DNA of 64,000 nucleotides from contig MU053810.1 in NCBI GenBank assembly GCA_013239625.1, forward strand, positions 4,620,071 to 4,684,070, written 5' to 3'. The position numbers were made by a program, and so were the translations under genes. Below the pieces are notes generated by a model that saw only the letters and a program-made list of their open reading frames with translations, did not search any database and was not told the origin of the DNA. Origin of the DNA: Lama guanicoe. Lineage: Eukaryota. This document shows, in pieces, positions 34,224 through 47,784 of the stretch (positions within the stretch are counted from its first letter, which is position 1; the number at the start of each line of letters is the position of its first letter).

Positions 34224-37200
34224 AAAAACTTTAGAGGAGGGGGCTTCACCAGAGAAATTCGATTCTGGGTAGCTGCAGTGACTCTGGTCTAAGGCCTGGG
34301 CTGATCTCTGGAATGGTTACACCTGGGTGGTACAGCCAACAGTGGGGTGCCCTCCCTGCCCAGTGATGGGAGGGGACAGCTAAGCACCGGAAGGAGAGAA
34401 GGTAGAGCCAAGCAAAGAAGATGACCCTGTAAACGTTTAGCCAAGGAGTTAATCCAGTGAGTGGAACTGCAGACACTTGGAATAACTTGTGCATATGGGC
34501 CAGAAGGGTCTTTCGGTCACATCTGGGCTACTGTGTCCTTCAAAGCATGCAGAATGGGTGGAGGTCTGTCATGCCTCCAAGAAGCCCCATCTCTGCCCTG
34601 GGTCTTGCTGCTCAGGTGAAAATCTAGAAAATAGTTGTGACGCATCTGCTTGGAATGAAGCAGAGATAGAAGGGAGGCTCAGAATGAATGGACCACATTA
34701 CTTTCCACCCCAGTGATTCATGATTGAATAAAAAACTTTTATAGATGCTTCTGAGAGAGATGTGGTGACGTGCCTTGCAAGTGATCCTTCCCTCTTTTGA
34801 TTGTGAGGATGTGAACCTTGGTCTAGCCCTTTGTTTCCTCGTGAACCTTCTGGCCCAGAAGCACCTTATTGAACATTGGGCTAATGGAGTGACCTCTGCA
34901 TCAATTCAGTTTCTACACGTGCACAGAGAGTTTCACGGGTGCTTCAGTGGCTCGCTAAGTAAGGCGAACCATTGTTCAATTGAGTAAATCCTTCCATGCC
35001 AGGAGAAATTCGTGACAATGCTGCATTTCTCCTTTTCCAGAGAATTTTATGGCAATCAATAATAGTCAGCCCTGGTGTCCCTGCCGAAGCTCTTGATGGA
35101 ACGCAATTCATTTTGAGTGACCTTTACTTTTCAGTAATACTTCTTTATTTGTGAAGTGCAGATTGCAAACAGCCTAATCAGCCCTCTGGCTTTTGGTTAT
35201 TAGCATTCCATCTGCTTTATAATGCCATTTAAAAACCAGCTGTGCTAGGAAGGAAAAAAGTATTGACTGAATCTTTTCTGGAAGAAAAAATTTGTGTAGC
35301 ATTAAGATCACCAAATGGCAATGTCTTCTTTTGTGGGGGGTGTGTGTGAGAGACTGACTTAAGGTGTTTGTCATATTTCTTTTTTAAGTACCAGAAATCA
35401 TGGGCCCTGGTTAATGGTAGGTTTATGAACAGAAATGTCTCCAAAAACCAAAGGGGGAATAATCATTTTGGTCGTAAAAATCTTATAAATGATTTTATTA
35501 TAAATCATAAGATGTTATGAAGTTAAGCATTAGATCTTGGGTTGAAAAGCCCCTGTAAATATGGAGAGGAAAATACAGATGGGGGTTGAGTGCCGGGTGG
35601 GAGTATTATTAAGAATTCTTGGAATTTTCTTCCCAAGCTGCGGTTCATTAGTTGTTTATTTTGTAGTTCTGCTTCTCCAGTAATCTCTGTATCTTAGACT
35701 CTACTTTTTAAAAAGGTGGTGTTGATACTTGTTCGAGCTCTGGTCCTGTCAAATCTTGCAAACTTGTACTGCTCCTGTGCTCATTTCTTGGGTAGGAGCC
35801 TGAGCTCATCATGCATGTTCATAATAATGCGTGTACTTGCCTTTACTCAGAGACTGCTTGAAAGAGCCTTGCCTTCCTGGATTGATCATGAACTTGACCC
35901 CTGAGATCCTGGCTGTGCAGAACTTAAGTTGGGGAAGGTATAAGCAGGTGATCAGCAAGGTACCGGTTGGGTGCCACCTTCTCAACTTGAAATAATCCTA
36001 GAAATTCTCATTTCTGTTTATCAAGGAGCAATGCCGGAGCCACCTGAAGTGAGCAGTAAGTGGAAATGGAAGCTCAGTTTTCTGACCGGTCTTCCTTCTT
36101 CCAGCACTCCCTCATCACAGACGTGTGGGGCCGTGATCTACAGGTTCTTCGAAGGTGGCACCTTGTCTTGGGGAATTTTCGTTTCCCTTTCAGGGTTGGA
36201 GCTTGGCTCTTGGATTTCAGAGAGGAAAGCTCAGAGGCAGGCTGTGGCAGTTCAGCTGCCTCTTCTGTTGTCAGTTCCTGGAGTTGTGGATAAATTGGGA
36301 TTTATTAAGTGGGGAGGTGTGGAAGCAAGATAAGAAAGAAGGGTGTGTTTGGTCCCTGGGTGAGCACCTAAGAATGAGAGAGGGAAGGTCATCTTGGACT
36401 CATCCCTTCAACTTACAGATGAGACCTCAGAGAGAATGGGGGAGCTCTCGACCGAGCTCTCAAATCAGCAGTGGTAACTCAGCCACCATGCCCCTTACCA
36501 GCTGCATTTTACAACACAGTCTGGACAGATTCTCTTAAACCTCTCAGACAAGACTAATTACAAGCATCCAGTTGATACTGTAATGCACCAGTTTGTCTGG
36601 TCTGGCTTTAAGATTAGAGAAAATTTTGCTTTTGATGCAAAGTGAAGAAACGGTAATAAGTTACAGGTCACGAGGCAGAAGTTTTGCTTTGCACGAGGGT
36701 GTGAATGGACATGTGTGGGCATGTATGTACACTTTGGTGTGGGGATGAAGAGAAGAAAATGAATAAAACTCTTAATATGCTAGTTTCTCTCCTAAGTTCA
36801 ATCTCTATATTTTATATTCTTTCTACCCTGTGCCATGTTCTTGTGGGGGTTTGTGGTCTTTGAATTATTTTCTGTGGGACTCGATTTAGGGTTCTTGTTC
36901 TTCAAATCCAAGGTTCTAGAATTATTTGAGCTTACAGGTGGGAAAGTATGCACTGGTTAAGTCACTTGTCCACTCTGGTTGGTTGCATTGATGGTTTACA
37001 ATTGTGGAGCCCTCGGTAACAAGGGTGGGTCACTGCCACCTCCCTCGCCAACACACTTACTCATGGGTCCATTGAGTAACTTGTTAAATAAAATTTGCAC
37101 GTTACTGAAAAATTGGCTCAAATTTTTCGTCATTCATTTATTAAGAAAAGGAGTTTATTCTGGCATTGAACATTATTCTGTAAATTGGAATTTAGAGGAG

Positions 37201-37899
37201 ACAGCATAAGGATGAATCCTAGGATATGCACTTGTCCCCATCGTCCCTCATCTGGAGTGCTGGTCTTTTGCCTCTTTCTTTTGTAAGTTAGGCATTGTTG
37301 CCTCTAGTCTTCTCATCCACACTATGTATGTTAGCATCTTTCAGGATTGTTTCCCTCCCATGCACCCCTGGGAGGGCAGGCAGGTCCAGATCCCAGGCCA
37401 GCTCAAGACATTTCTAAGAGAACACCATCATTCCTTTTTCCTGGACTCATCAACCCAGAATGAAAAGAGGGTACCATTCCCAAGTACCTCACCTCCTTCT
37501 CAGAAGATTTATCCATCATGGCATCCATGCATTTGAAACAGAATCCACTCTCTGAATGATCCCTCCAATGAATTTAGAAGGAAAAGAACTCCCTTGGGAA
37601 TGCCAAATAATTACACTCACATTTTTTGTTTTAAATTTTGTTCATACCGTATGTGGTCTTGTTCCATTTTTATGGTACATTGTTAACAAAACAGCATAAT
37701 AATTTTCTGAAAACTGCTTGGTTTTCATGTACTTAGAGCTACTCAGCTAAAAAATAGATCATCATCATAGCAGCTAAAATGTTTTGTTTCCACTTCATCA
37801 TATGTGTGTGTGTGTGTGTATATACAATGTGTATATGTACAATGTATATGCATATATATCATTGGATTATGTAGTTAATGGGAAATGAACATAGAAGTA

Positions 37900-38560
37900 T
37901 CATTTTTGGTTTTTAAATGAGCAATAGTTAGGCAAGCTTGTATGCTAATGGCAATGATCCAGAGAAGAGTGGAGGGTGATTTTAGGAGGGAAGAAACTGA
38001 ACGAAGGATTGCGATTTAGTGGAAGAGTTGGCCTTAGGAACAGAGCCAGTTTTTCTGTCTTTACAGTAGGAAAGAGGTAGTATTTGGGTACATCGATTTG
38101 GTGGATGAGGGGAAGGGAATAAGGTAGTTCTTGTCTGTCAATGACAAATGAGGGGAGGTGATCTGCTGAGAGTAAGAAAAGGATGTTGGAAGTTGGAGGA
38201 GAGAGGAAAACCTATGAAATAGATTGTCATCCTGAAAAACAAAAAAGCAAGCTAATGAGGAAAGTGTAGAAGAATCATTGCGCAGAGTTGAGTTCTCACT
38301 TGAGATCTGTGGTAATGAGGTTAAGGTAAGACCATTAAGCAGAGTTGTGCAGAGTTTGGTTTTGTCTTTTGTTTTTTTCCCCTTCCAGCAATTTTAGCTG
38401 CTCAATTGCAAATAGTTAGGTTCAACCTGTATTGATTGCCTGGCTGGTGCAATGGCGGAAGAGAGGCTCAAGGCAGATGAAGATATTGGCAAGGAATTGA
38501 TCATGAAGTTGGACCACAGAATCCAAACTAGGTGTGATGAAGTGGAAGGAGGATTGGGAT
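37900..38560 (-). mobile_element. L2 internal fragment
   Basis: Purine-rich L2-type sequence (GCTTGTATGCTAATGGCAATGATCCAGAGAAGAG, GGAAGAGTTGGCCTTAGG). Confidence 0.55.
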
Positions 38561-39761
38561 TGAAGGCTAAGACCCACGTGGGGTTGAGGAATCACTGGAA
38601 AGTGTTTCTGGCTGTTTAATCATGCTGCCTTCAATTTGACTGTGTGACTGTGCATTGTTTGAACTATGCCCTATATGGCCAACTGTCCTGAGGGTCCTTG
38701 ACGGGGTGGGTGGTGGGGAGCACAGCTGTCCAGAGATCCAGTAGCCAAGTTCTCATATCAGGGAAAAACTTGGGAGCATGATTTTCATTTAAAAGACTGT
38801 GTGAGCAGTGTAAGAGGTAGAAGTTTTTTTTGTTTTTTTTGTTTTTTCATTTACCAGCATTTATTCAATTTGAGATTAGTAATTTTTTTAAGCTCAACTA
38901 TTTTTAATAGATTTTTTAAAAAAATATATCCCTTTTTAAAATTTCTTTTTTACTCAGTTTAAAAGTAAATCACAAGTAGAGGTGAGGATTAATATTTAGT
39001 CCTCTGGAAATTTTTTTTTACATAAATCACATCCATTATGGAAAATTCAGAAAGTTCAAAAAGCATTTTAAAATATCCTGTCCTGCAGGTAGAAATGTCT
39101 TTCTATTTTTTGGGCATATTTTAGAAGAGTAGTTTTTATTACTTAATGTCTTGTCACTTTATTTTTCATGGTTGTACAATACTTGTGTTAATTTTTTAAA
39201 TACATGGAATTATTGTTACTAGACATTAAAATCTCTTCACATGGATGATATGATGAATAACTCAGCAATGAGCCCCAGGAAAAGAGTATCTTAAGTCAGA
39301 AATATACCAATTAAAGGGGCCCTGACCTTCCCTGTTAAGGCTTTGTTGGGAGCAGTATTTACATTTCAGGAAGTTTCGGGACTGTCTGGATGGAAGCACC
39401 ACATGCGGACTTTGGAAACCTGGGAAACTAAAGGGAACTTACTTTCTATCCAGCGTTTACTCCTTTATCTTTTCCATCAAGCTCTTTGATCACTAGAATA
39501 CCTCTGTGGATGCTGTAGGATGTCCTAAGTTGTAAAGGTTCCAATAGGTTATCAGCTTACTCACCATATCTCCAAGATCTTGAAATTAACATCTTAGAGG
39601 AGAAAGCCTTAAATCACAAAAATTCTACTTGCTTCCTTCACCCCAACTAAGAGTTAAAAAGAGTGCAAATGTTTTTTCTTATGGCAGAATACATTAATCT
39701 AGCTCATGAAATACAAATCTTTGTGGTAGCCTAGTTTGAGAAAAACAGACAAAAGCTCTTT

Positions 39762-41805
39762 TGTTTTTTTTATTGTGAAACGTCTTTTTATTTTCAGAAA
39801 AAAATTTAGTTAACAAAAAAATTTAACAAGTTTCACTTAGCAAAATACACCCAAAGGGAAATCACAGTACAAAAAAAGTTTTAAGTCAAGGCCTTACCAG
39901 TTCCTACAGTATTAGAAATGTGTCTCGGTTTTCAAAACTAAATTTTTAAAAGCTTAAACTTAACCTAAAAGATTTTAAATGAAAATAAAATAGAATGAAC
40001 AAACATGAGAAATGTTCCTGTTTGAATTAGAGGTGTAGCAGCTTGAGGTTTCAAAAAAAAAAAAGAGAGAGAAAAAAGCACACCTTCCCAATGTGTTCAC
40101 GATGGTGTAAAAGATCCACACTTAACATACTTAAATCTACTTTACAACTCAGATAACATCACTCCAGAAGTACACTACCAAAATATTAATTGAGAAAAGC
40201 TAAAAATAGTTTGAGTTTACTCAATATCACATGCTGGAAGAAAGTTTGCATGAGAAAACACTGAAGAGGTAATTTTTTTTCTTCCAGATTTCACAAACTC
40301 ATGGTGCAAAAAGGGTCCCACAGCTTCCTCTAGAGTAATAACTGCTTTTCACTGCTTGTTGGCTGCCTGTGAAAATTTGATCGAAATAACTCAAATGCTG
40401 CCACAAAACTAGTCATACCCTCCCATGCTGTTCTGGACACCGTAGCCAGCCTCGTAACAGCCACTCACGGATTGGCTCTCAAGGCCACTGTAAGTGGACC
40501 GGGTTGACACCCCCATGCCCTGCATCATCAGGCTGCTATAAGTCCTGTTGCTGGCCCCCGTTGTGGAATTCGAGAAGAGTTCTCTGTATCTGTTGCATGT
40601 TGGCCCTGCTTTTGGACATGGCCGCCACAGCTTCTTCATGAGTAGCAAACTCAGTATCAGCTTTGCCCGTCACTCTTCCATCAGGGCCAGTCTCAATATG
40701 GACCCTCACGGGGTTGAGCGGAGAGAAGAAGTTGTAAATGTCGTTCTCCGTGGCCTTGCAGGGCAGCCCCCTCATGTGGACGCAGTGCCCAGTGGTGCTC
40801 TGGACAGTGAACTCGCCATCTCCATCCCTGTGGTCATACATCCCAGAGAGACAGTAGCTGAGGTCTCTTCCAAACAGGTCAGTGGTGAAGCCATAGCCAT
40901 CGCTGAGGCCGCTGTACTCCTCGTAGCCTCCATAGCCTGCACTGTAGGCTCTGGACCTCATCCTCTCCAGGCCTGCTGGTTTGACAGTGCTGACGTACCT
41001 CCTGGCTGTGCCGGGGCGGTCACAGGGCCCCGGTCGCTGCACCGACATGAACTTCAGAGGGGGATCCGAGTATGACTGACTTCTTCCTGACTGCTCTTGA
41101 ACACCTCGGTATATCTGTGCCCTGTTCTCTCCTTGTGCTTCCCCAGAGCCTTCTCAGCTAACTCCTGGGAGGCAGACTGCACAAAGGCTTCCCCTGTAAT
41201 CTTGCCCTCGGGGTCCACAGGCAGTGTGATCCCATTTGGCATGATTTCCAACCCTGAGAAGAACTAAACGATTGCTTCCTTGGTGCATCCAAATGGGAGT
41301 CCTCGAAGCCGCACAGAACCATCATTGGTGGTGTCGGCACTGTTTGGACCACTGTGCTTCAACACCCAACCCATCTCGATTCTGTGGGACTTGAACACCT
41401 CAATGTACTGCTGTCCCATCCTTTCCCTGTCTTTTTTAAGGGCCATTTTTACATCTTATCATTCAAGCAACAAAGCCTCACCACGCTGCCTGCCTTCTCT
41501 AGTGTAGATAAAATGAACGCCCGCGGCCCCATCCTGAATCGTGCAGATGGAGAGGAAAGTCTGCACATCCTCAACAGAGCAGGACCAGGGCAGGCCACGG
41601 AGCTTGACCACAAAGCCTTCACCTCCCTCAGGGCTCAGCATCATGGACACTTGACAGGGCAGACGTCAAACAAGCTTGGGTGCCACTTCTTGTGGCTTAG
41701 AGAACAGTGAAGGATGCCCACAGTCAGAGACACTCCAGGCAGACAACGAATTATCCTTTCCCTCTAGTAAGGCGCGGAGCAGTCCCACTTCCAAGACCGA
41801 GCCGG
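39762..41805 (-). pseudogene. HNRNPF: Processed pseudogene (retrocopy) of heterogeneous nuclear ribonucleoprotein F
   Basis: Five ORF pieces tile the HNRNPF protein from [23 protein letters not shown] (ATG 41644) to QNSMGGYD* (stop 40409), covering three qRRM domains. Lesions: deletion/frameshift near 41460, premature TAG 41264-41266, frameshifts near 41075 and 40590. About 160 nt of 5'UTR and 640 nt of 3'UTR, AATAAA at 39787-39792, short poly(A). Perfect TSD AGACAAAAGCTCTTT (39747-39761 / 41806-41820). Confidence 0.96.
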
Positions 41806-42364
41806 AGACAAAAGCTCTTTATAACACAGATGGTGTACTTCCCTAATTCATTTTTCCAGTGTGCTCTAACATTTCTCAGATCTAAAGGTGTGAAGGGCAT
41901 GGTTACCAAAAACAAATAGAAGTGAACGACGCTGTGTTATTAAATGTCATGCTTTTTGATTTGTCGGCCATGTATTATCTCAAACAAAAATGGATTTTCC
42001 TACTCTTACACTTTGGCGTTTTCTCAGCTGGGCTATCCACAGTATGATTTGTGGCGTTCTTCTTTTCCAGTAAGGAATGGAAATATAAATTGCTGTGTTT
42101 CCTTTCTTTCAAAATTATGAATTAATACTGGTTCTCAAAATTCCTACACATAGGAAAGTTATAGCTGAAGTAGACTGGTGTTTTGTTGGTAACTAGGGAA
42201 GAGAGTGACGTGAAACAGCTGATGGTATGTAAATGATGGGTAATAATTTAAGCAGAGTGAGGTGGTGAATTCTTGTCCACGGTGGAAATGTTTTGTGCAT
42301 ACCACTTTTGGATTTCCTTTCATTGAATTATACTTGCTTCTTGGTATTTTCAAAAGACAGCATA

Positions 42365-42502
42365 GGGGAAAGGGTATAGCTCAAGTGGTAGAGTGCATGC
42401 TCAGCACCCAAGAGGTCTCGGGTTCAATCCCAGGTACCTCCTGCAAGCGGAAATCAAAGAAGAAACCCAATTACCTCCCCCTCAGCAAACAAACAATACA
42501 AG
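42365..42502 (+). mobile_element. tRNA-derived SINE (camelid vic-1-type)
   Basis: GGGGAAAGGGTATAGCTCAAGTGGTAGAGTGCATGCTCAGCACCCAAGAGGTCTCGGGTTCAATCCC. TSD CAAAAGACAGCATA (42351-42364) / CAAAGGACAGCATA (42503-42516). Confidence 0.92.
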
Positions 42503-42799
42503 CAAAGGACAGCATAAAATGGTTTTTGTTTGTTTTCTGAAGTTAAGATGAAAAGTGCAAACTCATTGCATTTGTACTAGAAAGGATGCAAGCTAGTTGC
42601 TGTCTTCCAAATTGGCATCACTTCTTTGATGAGAACTAGCAATGAGATTTTAACAATCTTTCCCAAAAATGTCGTAACCTGTGTGGTTTTAAGTGGGCTT
42701 TTGTTATTTTATTACTTGGTGTAAAGTCCCCTTTCGGTATAAATTTAAGGGAATTGCTCATTGAATCCTACATGCTTTCTATATTATTACGTATTAGGT

Positions 42800-42980
42800 G
42801 TTAATGCCTCTCAAATACTCTTTGAATATGTACTTTTGTTTTTATTCCCATTTTACTGATGAAGAAACAGTGCCCCGAGGATTTTTGTAACTTGCCTGGG
42901 GTCACAGCTCAACAAATGGCAGACCAAGATTGAAACTCTAGTTCTAGAGAATGTAATCTTAAATCCATGTTACATTTCCT
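42800..42980 (-). mobile_element. MIR SINE
   Basis: ATTCCCATTTTACTGATGAAGAAACAG...TAACTTGCCTGGGGTCACAGCT. Confidence 0.75.
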
Positions 42981-43354
42981 TCAGTTCCAGCATTCTGGGA
43001 CCTAGTGTCCTCCATCTGCTCCACGCTATGGTGGTGCACTCTGTTCTGGAATGTTAGTCATTGTTGTGTGTGACCTTGTGACTCTCTGGGATCCAAATGG
43101 GGCTACTGAGCAGTAAAACAGCTCTATGAACAGACGTGTCAGTGCCCTTATTTTTTATTTACTAGGAATAAATGAGTAATTGATACGTTAAGTTTTCAAA
43201 TTTCCATGACCATATCCCTTTTCCCCTCTTTATATCTACAAAAGGTCCTCAGGGACAACATAGTTAATATATATATATGTATATATATTTATATCTTTAT
43301 CTGTTAATTTTTGAAACCCACAATTATTTATCTATTCATAGTTTATCTTATGGT

Positions 43355-43845
43355 ACTGGTACATGTTACAACATGGAGCTGTTTTGAGAACATTAGGCTA
43401 GGTCAAAGAAGCCAGTCACAGAGGACCACATATTTTATGATCCCATGTATATGAAATGTCCAAAATAGGCCAACCCAGAGATAAAAAGTAGACTGGTGGT
43501 TGCCTAGGGCTGAGGAAGCTGATGGGAGATGAGAAGTGTCTGCAGATGGGTGTGGGGTTTCATTTCAGAATGAGAAAAATATTTTAAAGTTGACTGCCAT
43601 GATAGTTGTGCGACCCTGTGAATAAACCAAAAAACCATGAAGTTGTACACCTTTTTTTTTTTTACAATTAAAAAAAACCTGTTTATTTATTTGGAAGTAT
43701 AATTGATTTACAATATTATATTTGTTTCAGGTGTATAACATAGTAATTTAATACTTTTATAGATTATACTCCATTTAAAATTATTATAAAATATTAGCTA
43801 TATTCCCTCTGCTAAATTGTGCACTTTTAATAGGTGCATTCATGG
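43355..43845 (+). mobile_element. L1MB-like 3' fragment interrupted by a younger antisense L1 3' end
   Basis: AAAGAAGCCAGTCACAGAGGACCACATATTTTATGATCCC...GTTGCCTAGGGCTG, resuming after 43812. Confidence 0.8.
43652..43812 (-). mobile_element. Short L1 3' end with poly(A)
   Basis: T-run then GAAGTATAATTGATTTACAATATTATATTTGTTTCAGGTGTA. Degenerate TSD TGAAGTTGTACACCTTTT / TAAATTGTGCACTTTT. Confidence 0.75.
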
Positions 43846-46800
43846 GGCATCAGGTACCATGCTAATGGGCCTTTAGCGAGACAAAGAGCATGAAGAACAT
43901 GCTCAGACAGCACAAAATTCAGTTTTTGTTCTACTGTCCAGGTTGCCTTTGGCAAAGGGCATTTAAGAATTATATTTGGTAAACACCTTTTCTACAAAAC
44001 AAGCATAGTATAGTGTTGCTCTTTTCCCTTAGAATGTGTTGACACATTACTTAAATAAACAGAGATCTACCAGGAAAGTCCCATGTCGCCTGTCCCAGCA
44101 GAAGTATCCTCAGATGCTTCTTCTAGACCTTAGCAAGCGCAGCAAGCATGAACTCACCCAGGTTTCTTTCCAGCTTTTACTTCAAAATTACCGAGTGAAC
44201 CAAGCAGTGGTTGACATTTTTGACAGAGTTTAATACACTGTTGTAAACCCTGGGATTTGATATTCATCATCTGGGCCAAACTCCATGAGTTCATAGTGAT
44301 TGTTGTTGTTGTAATTGGTGCAGTAGTATTTCTTATACTGATGTACTCAACTCAGTAATTTAAAAGTATATTTACACATAGTATATTTTTGAAAGACAGT
44401 ACTGCATCTCATGAGCTATTTCTTCCTAGAAACCAAAGACTTTCTGATAATGATGAAATTAATTCCGATGCTTGGAAAGAGATCTGGAAAATGGATGCTG
44501 CATACACATTATTTCTTCTGTGACCGATGTCTTGCCATCTTGGGTTGGAGTGTCCATGCATACCTCACTTTCTGGGAGCAGGACGCATAGCAATTTGTTA
44601 ATTCGTAGACAATTGTTTCTCATTTTCCCTTTTCCTAGACTTTTTGCCAGGTTCGGCAAAGAACAGGACATTGTAATCTCTCCAGATGTTTTCTAAATTT
44701 AACTTAAGTGAGTTTGAAGGCTAGAAGGCAACCAGATTCAATGCCCAATCTGGTGTAAGAGTCACCAGAAATCAGGAGGAGTATTTGTCCCAGTGTGTGT
44801 CATCTTTCTAGGTTCTCCTGTCAAGGATTCCTCCAGGGTCCCTTCTCAGGTGATTCTGGTGTCTAAAGTGCAGAGCTCTTGTTGGTACCTTTCACAATGC
44901 TTAACATCCCTTTATGGAACTGTAAGCAATCTTCTTAGCCTGAGTCCCCCAGTCCTGTACAATCACACCTAAATGACACTGAAACAAATGACCTCAATGG
45001 CCCCTTTCTTCCGGAGGACTGACAGATACTCTTCAAATCCTATAGGATGTGCTCATGCTGGAAAGAACTTCGAAATTATTCATTCACTCAAGCTGGGCTG
45101 AGTTTAATCCTTCTAAGAAAGGTAGCTGCCACGTTTTTAAGATGTTAACTGTATTTTATAATTTTGACTATGATGTTTGTGTCTAACCTAAAACTGGTTT
45201 GAAATGGATTTGCTTTACATATAATGTAAGCGTATGTGTTTCTTCCCCTGATTCTGGAAGTAATACATGTTCCTTTTAAACGATTGTCAAGTTAAGGCAT
45301 TTTAAGTTTATTTCCTTTCTTCTTTGCTTGTGGCTTTGAAATTTAGACAGGATGGATTCTTGTCTTATAAGGCAGATGACTCTTAAGGAAGAGTAATTTT
45401 ATCCTAACAGAATCACGTGGAAACTATCTTTTAAAAGGACGTATGGGAAAATACAAACTAATGTTTCTGGAATAAATTCTGTTTACATGGTGAAGGAAAA
45501 CTTTTGAGTCAAAGTGATGCATTTAGATCCAGGTTGATCTGATGCCTGAACCAGCTTTGTGAAGCAAGTTTTCAAGCTTGGTTTCCTTATCTATAAAATA
45601 AAGAAACATATTTTTCTCAGTATTGTGTGGATTGAATAAAATGCTACATGTAAAAAGAATCTGATAGGAATCAGGTAAACATAGTAGCTTCTCAAATAAT
45701 CATTTTCCCTCCCACACCTTCTTTGTGTCTTCTTAACTTCTTTTTCTTACATATATTATCCCATTGTTAGACATCTCTTTATCAGCACAGCAAATATATT
45801 TCTTCTAGGTTATTGGAATTCATTGAATATGTTTTTCCCGGTTTTGGCCATTCCTACCTAATTTGGGGCCATTCAAATAAATGTTCATGTATAGTTCATC
45901 AGTTATAATCTAAATCTAAATTTTCAAGCTACAGAAAATTAGCCTTCTACGTGGAAAGAAATCCCATGCCATCATCCTTTGTAAAAAGGATTTGTTTTCT
46001 TTGTGTCAAAGTAGTATATTTGGGGCTTGGCCTCAACCTTGCATGGACCTGTGGGATTACGAGGTTCAGAAGATGGTACACTCACAGGTGAGCCGATAGG
46101 CAGGAATGTTGCTGCTTATTTGTTTAATAACCAGGAATGAGGCCACGTGACTTACATGCATTTTCTAGTCTAATCTTCACAGCCCTCCCGTGGGTGTCCT
46201 TATCCCTGTTTCAGGAGAGGAAATGAAGGTCCTTAGAGGTTGGTTAGCTCACTCAGGGTGGCACTCTTGAGAAAGTTCTAGACCAAGGCTGCACCCGGGC
46301 CTGCCTGAGACTTTTAGTGTTTTCCACAATTTGATTGCGTTTAGGGGGCGTGATTACAGGATGACATCTTTAACACGCAGAACATAAGTCTCCCAGCAAA
46401 GCCAGGTTGGTAGTCTCGCCAGACAGATTCTCTCCTCTCCTCTGTCTTCTCTCCCGCTGCCATTTGCCTGCCAGGATGATGGGGTCGTTGGTTAGAGTGC
46501 GTTGATCAATGTAGCTGATCCCATCATCACAGTGTCATGATGTCAGCAAAGAGCCCTGCTGCAGGCTGTGCACTTCCCCATACAACGGAAGGGGAATCTG
46601 ATCAGGACTTGATCTCCCTGCCATTGGGATGGGGAGGGAAGGAGGCCTGTCCGGTTGGGCCTCTGCCCTAGAGGAACATGAATTCAACCACAGGTGCTGT
46701 GCGGTTCCCTCCCAGCCTCCATCTTTCCCTCCCAGTCTCCGTCTCTCCCTCCCATCCCTGAGGCTGGGCAGGGCTCCCCTGACCCCAGCGGACTGATTCC

Positions 46801-47784
46801 CTGTGAAGTTCACTCCTGGGAGCTTTCTTTGGCCTTAAACTGCCATCGAGTGAACTCTCTCTTCTGTTGCTGACTATCTCACATTTAGCTGAATGTTCTT
46901 TTCTTCTATGATGTCCGCCTCACAGGGACTCCTAGAATTCACTTGGAAACTATTTTCAAGTGAGCAGAAATACCTCAGCATTCAATCTAGCTTTTTAGTG
47001 CTGGGAATATTCTTAGAAAGAAAGAGCATGTGTGTGTGTGTGTGTAAATGTGTCTGGCCCATGTTGTATGGAGATAGTTCTCTGTCAGATAATCCTAAAA
47101 GTGCAAATCCTGTTCTCTGGATGCTTCACTCTTTCCTTCCCTGTAGACGTTGTGTTGTGCTCAACAGGCTGCCAAATCTGTATGGATTAGAGCCTTCTGC
47201 TCCTCCTGTCAAAATAACCAACCATCACTGTGCAGAAGAAAAACCCAGAAATGCATTCTTCCTGGGCTGAAGTGGGACTCAGTGCCCTGGCTTGCAAATG
47301 AACTTCCTGTTTCTTTCTAGAAGCATTCTGCCGTCGTATGTAACAGGATTCCCTTTTTCATGTCTTCTGCATGTAGGCAGAAATCTTCATGAAAGCTCAG
47401 TTAAGATGGCAGTCAGATCACTTGGGAGATTGTCATGTCCTCCTCTGTTCCTGGAAACAGGGACTTCGAAAAGTTGTTTTTACTTAAATTTTCTTTAAAT
47501 CACTATCCAGAGTTGAGTTCTCCTTTTTCTTTCCTTTTCGGTGGAGGCTTGATGTTTATTTCATTACTTCCACCTCTAGATTAAGTATAACTTCTCCCTT
47601 ATCTGAACCCCACCCTCCTGGAAAAACTTAAGGAAACTGAATCAGGAAAACAAAGCCTATTTATTTCCTTTCACCCTCTATGTCATCTCCTATGGCTCTT
47701 TTAATATTTATTTTTATGAACTGAGGTTGTAGTTTTGATTTCCTCAATGTGGCTTTCAGAGCAAAAAGGATGAAACTAACATTC

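Noticed and set aside
35480..35520. AT-rich inverted repeat (ATGATTT...AAATCAT)
   Set aside because: Short, imperfect and expected by chance in AT-rich DNA; not a credible miRNA hairpin.
40548..41075. 175-aa + strand ORF
   Set aside because: Antisense shadow of the HNRNPF pseudogene.
42365..42440. tRNA gene
   Set aside because: A/B boxes are present but followed by a SINE body, A-rich tail and TSD; it is a tRNA-derived SINE. The same applies to 14185 and 17860.
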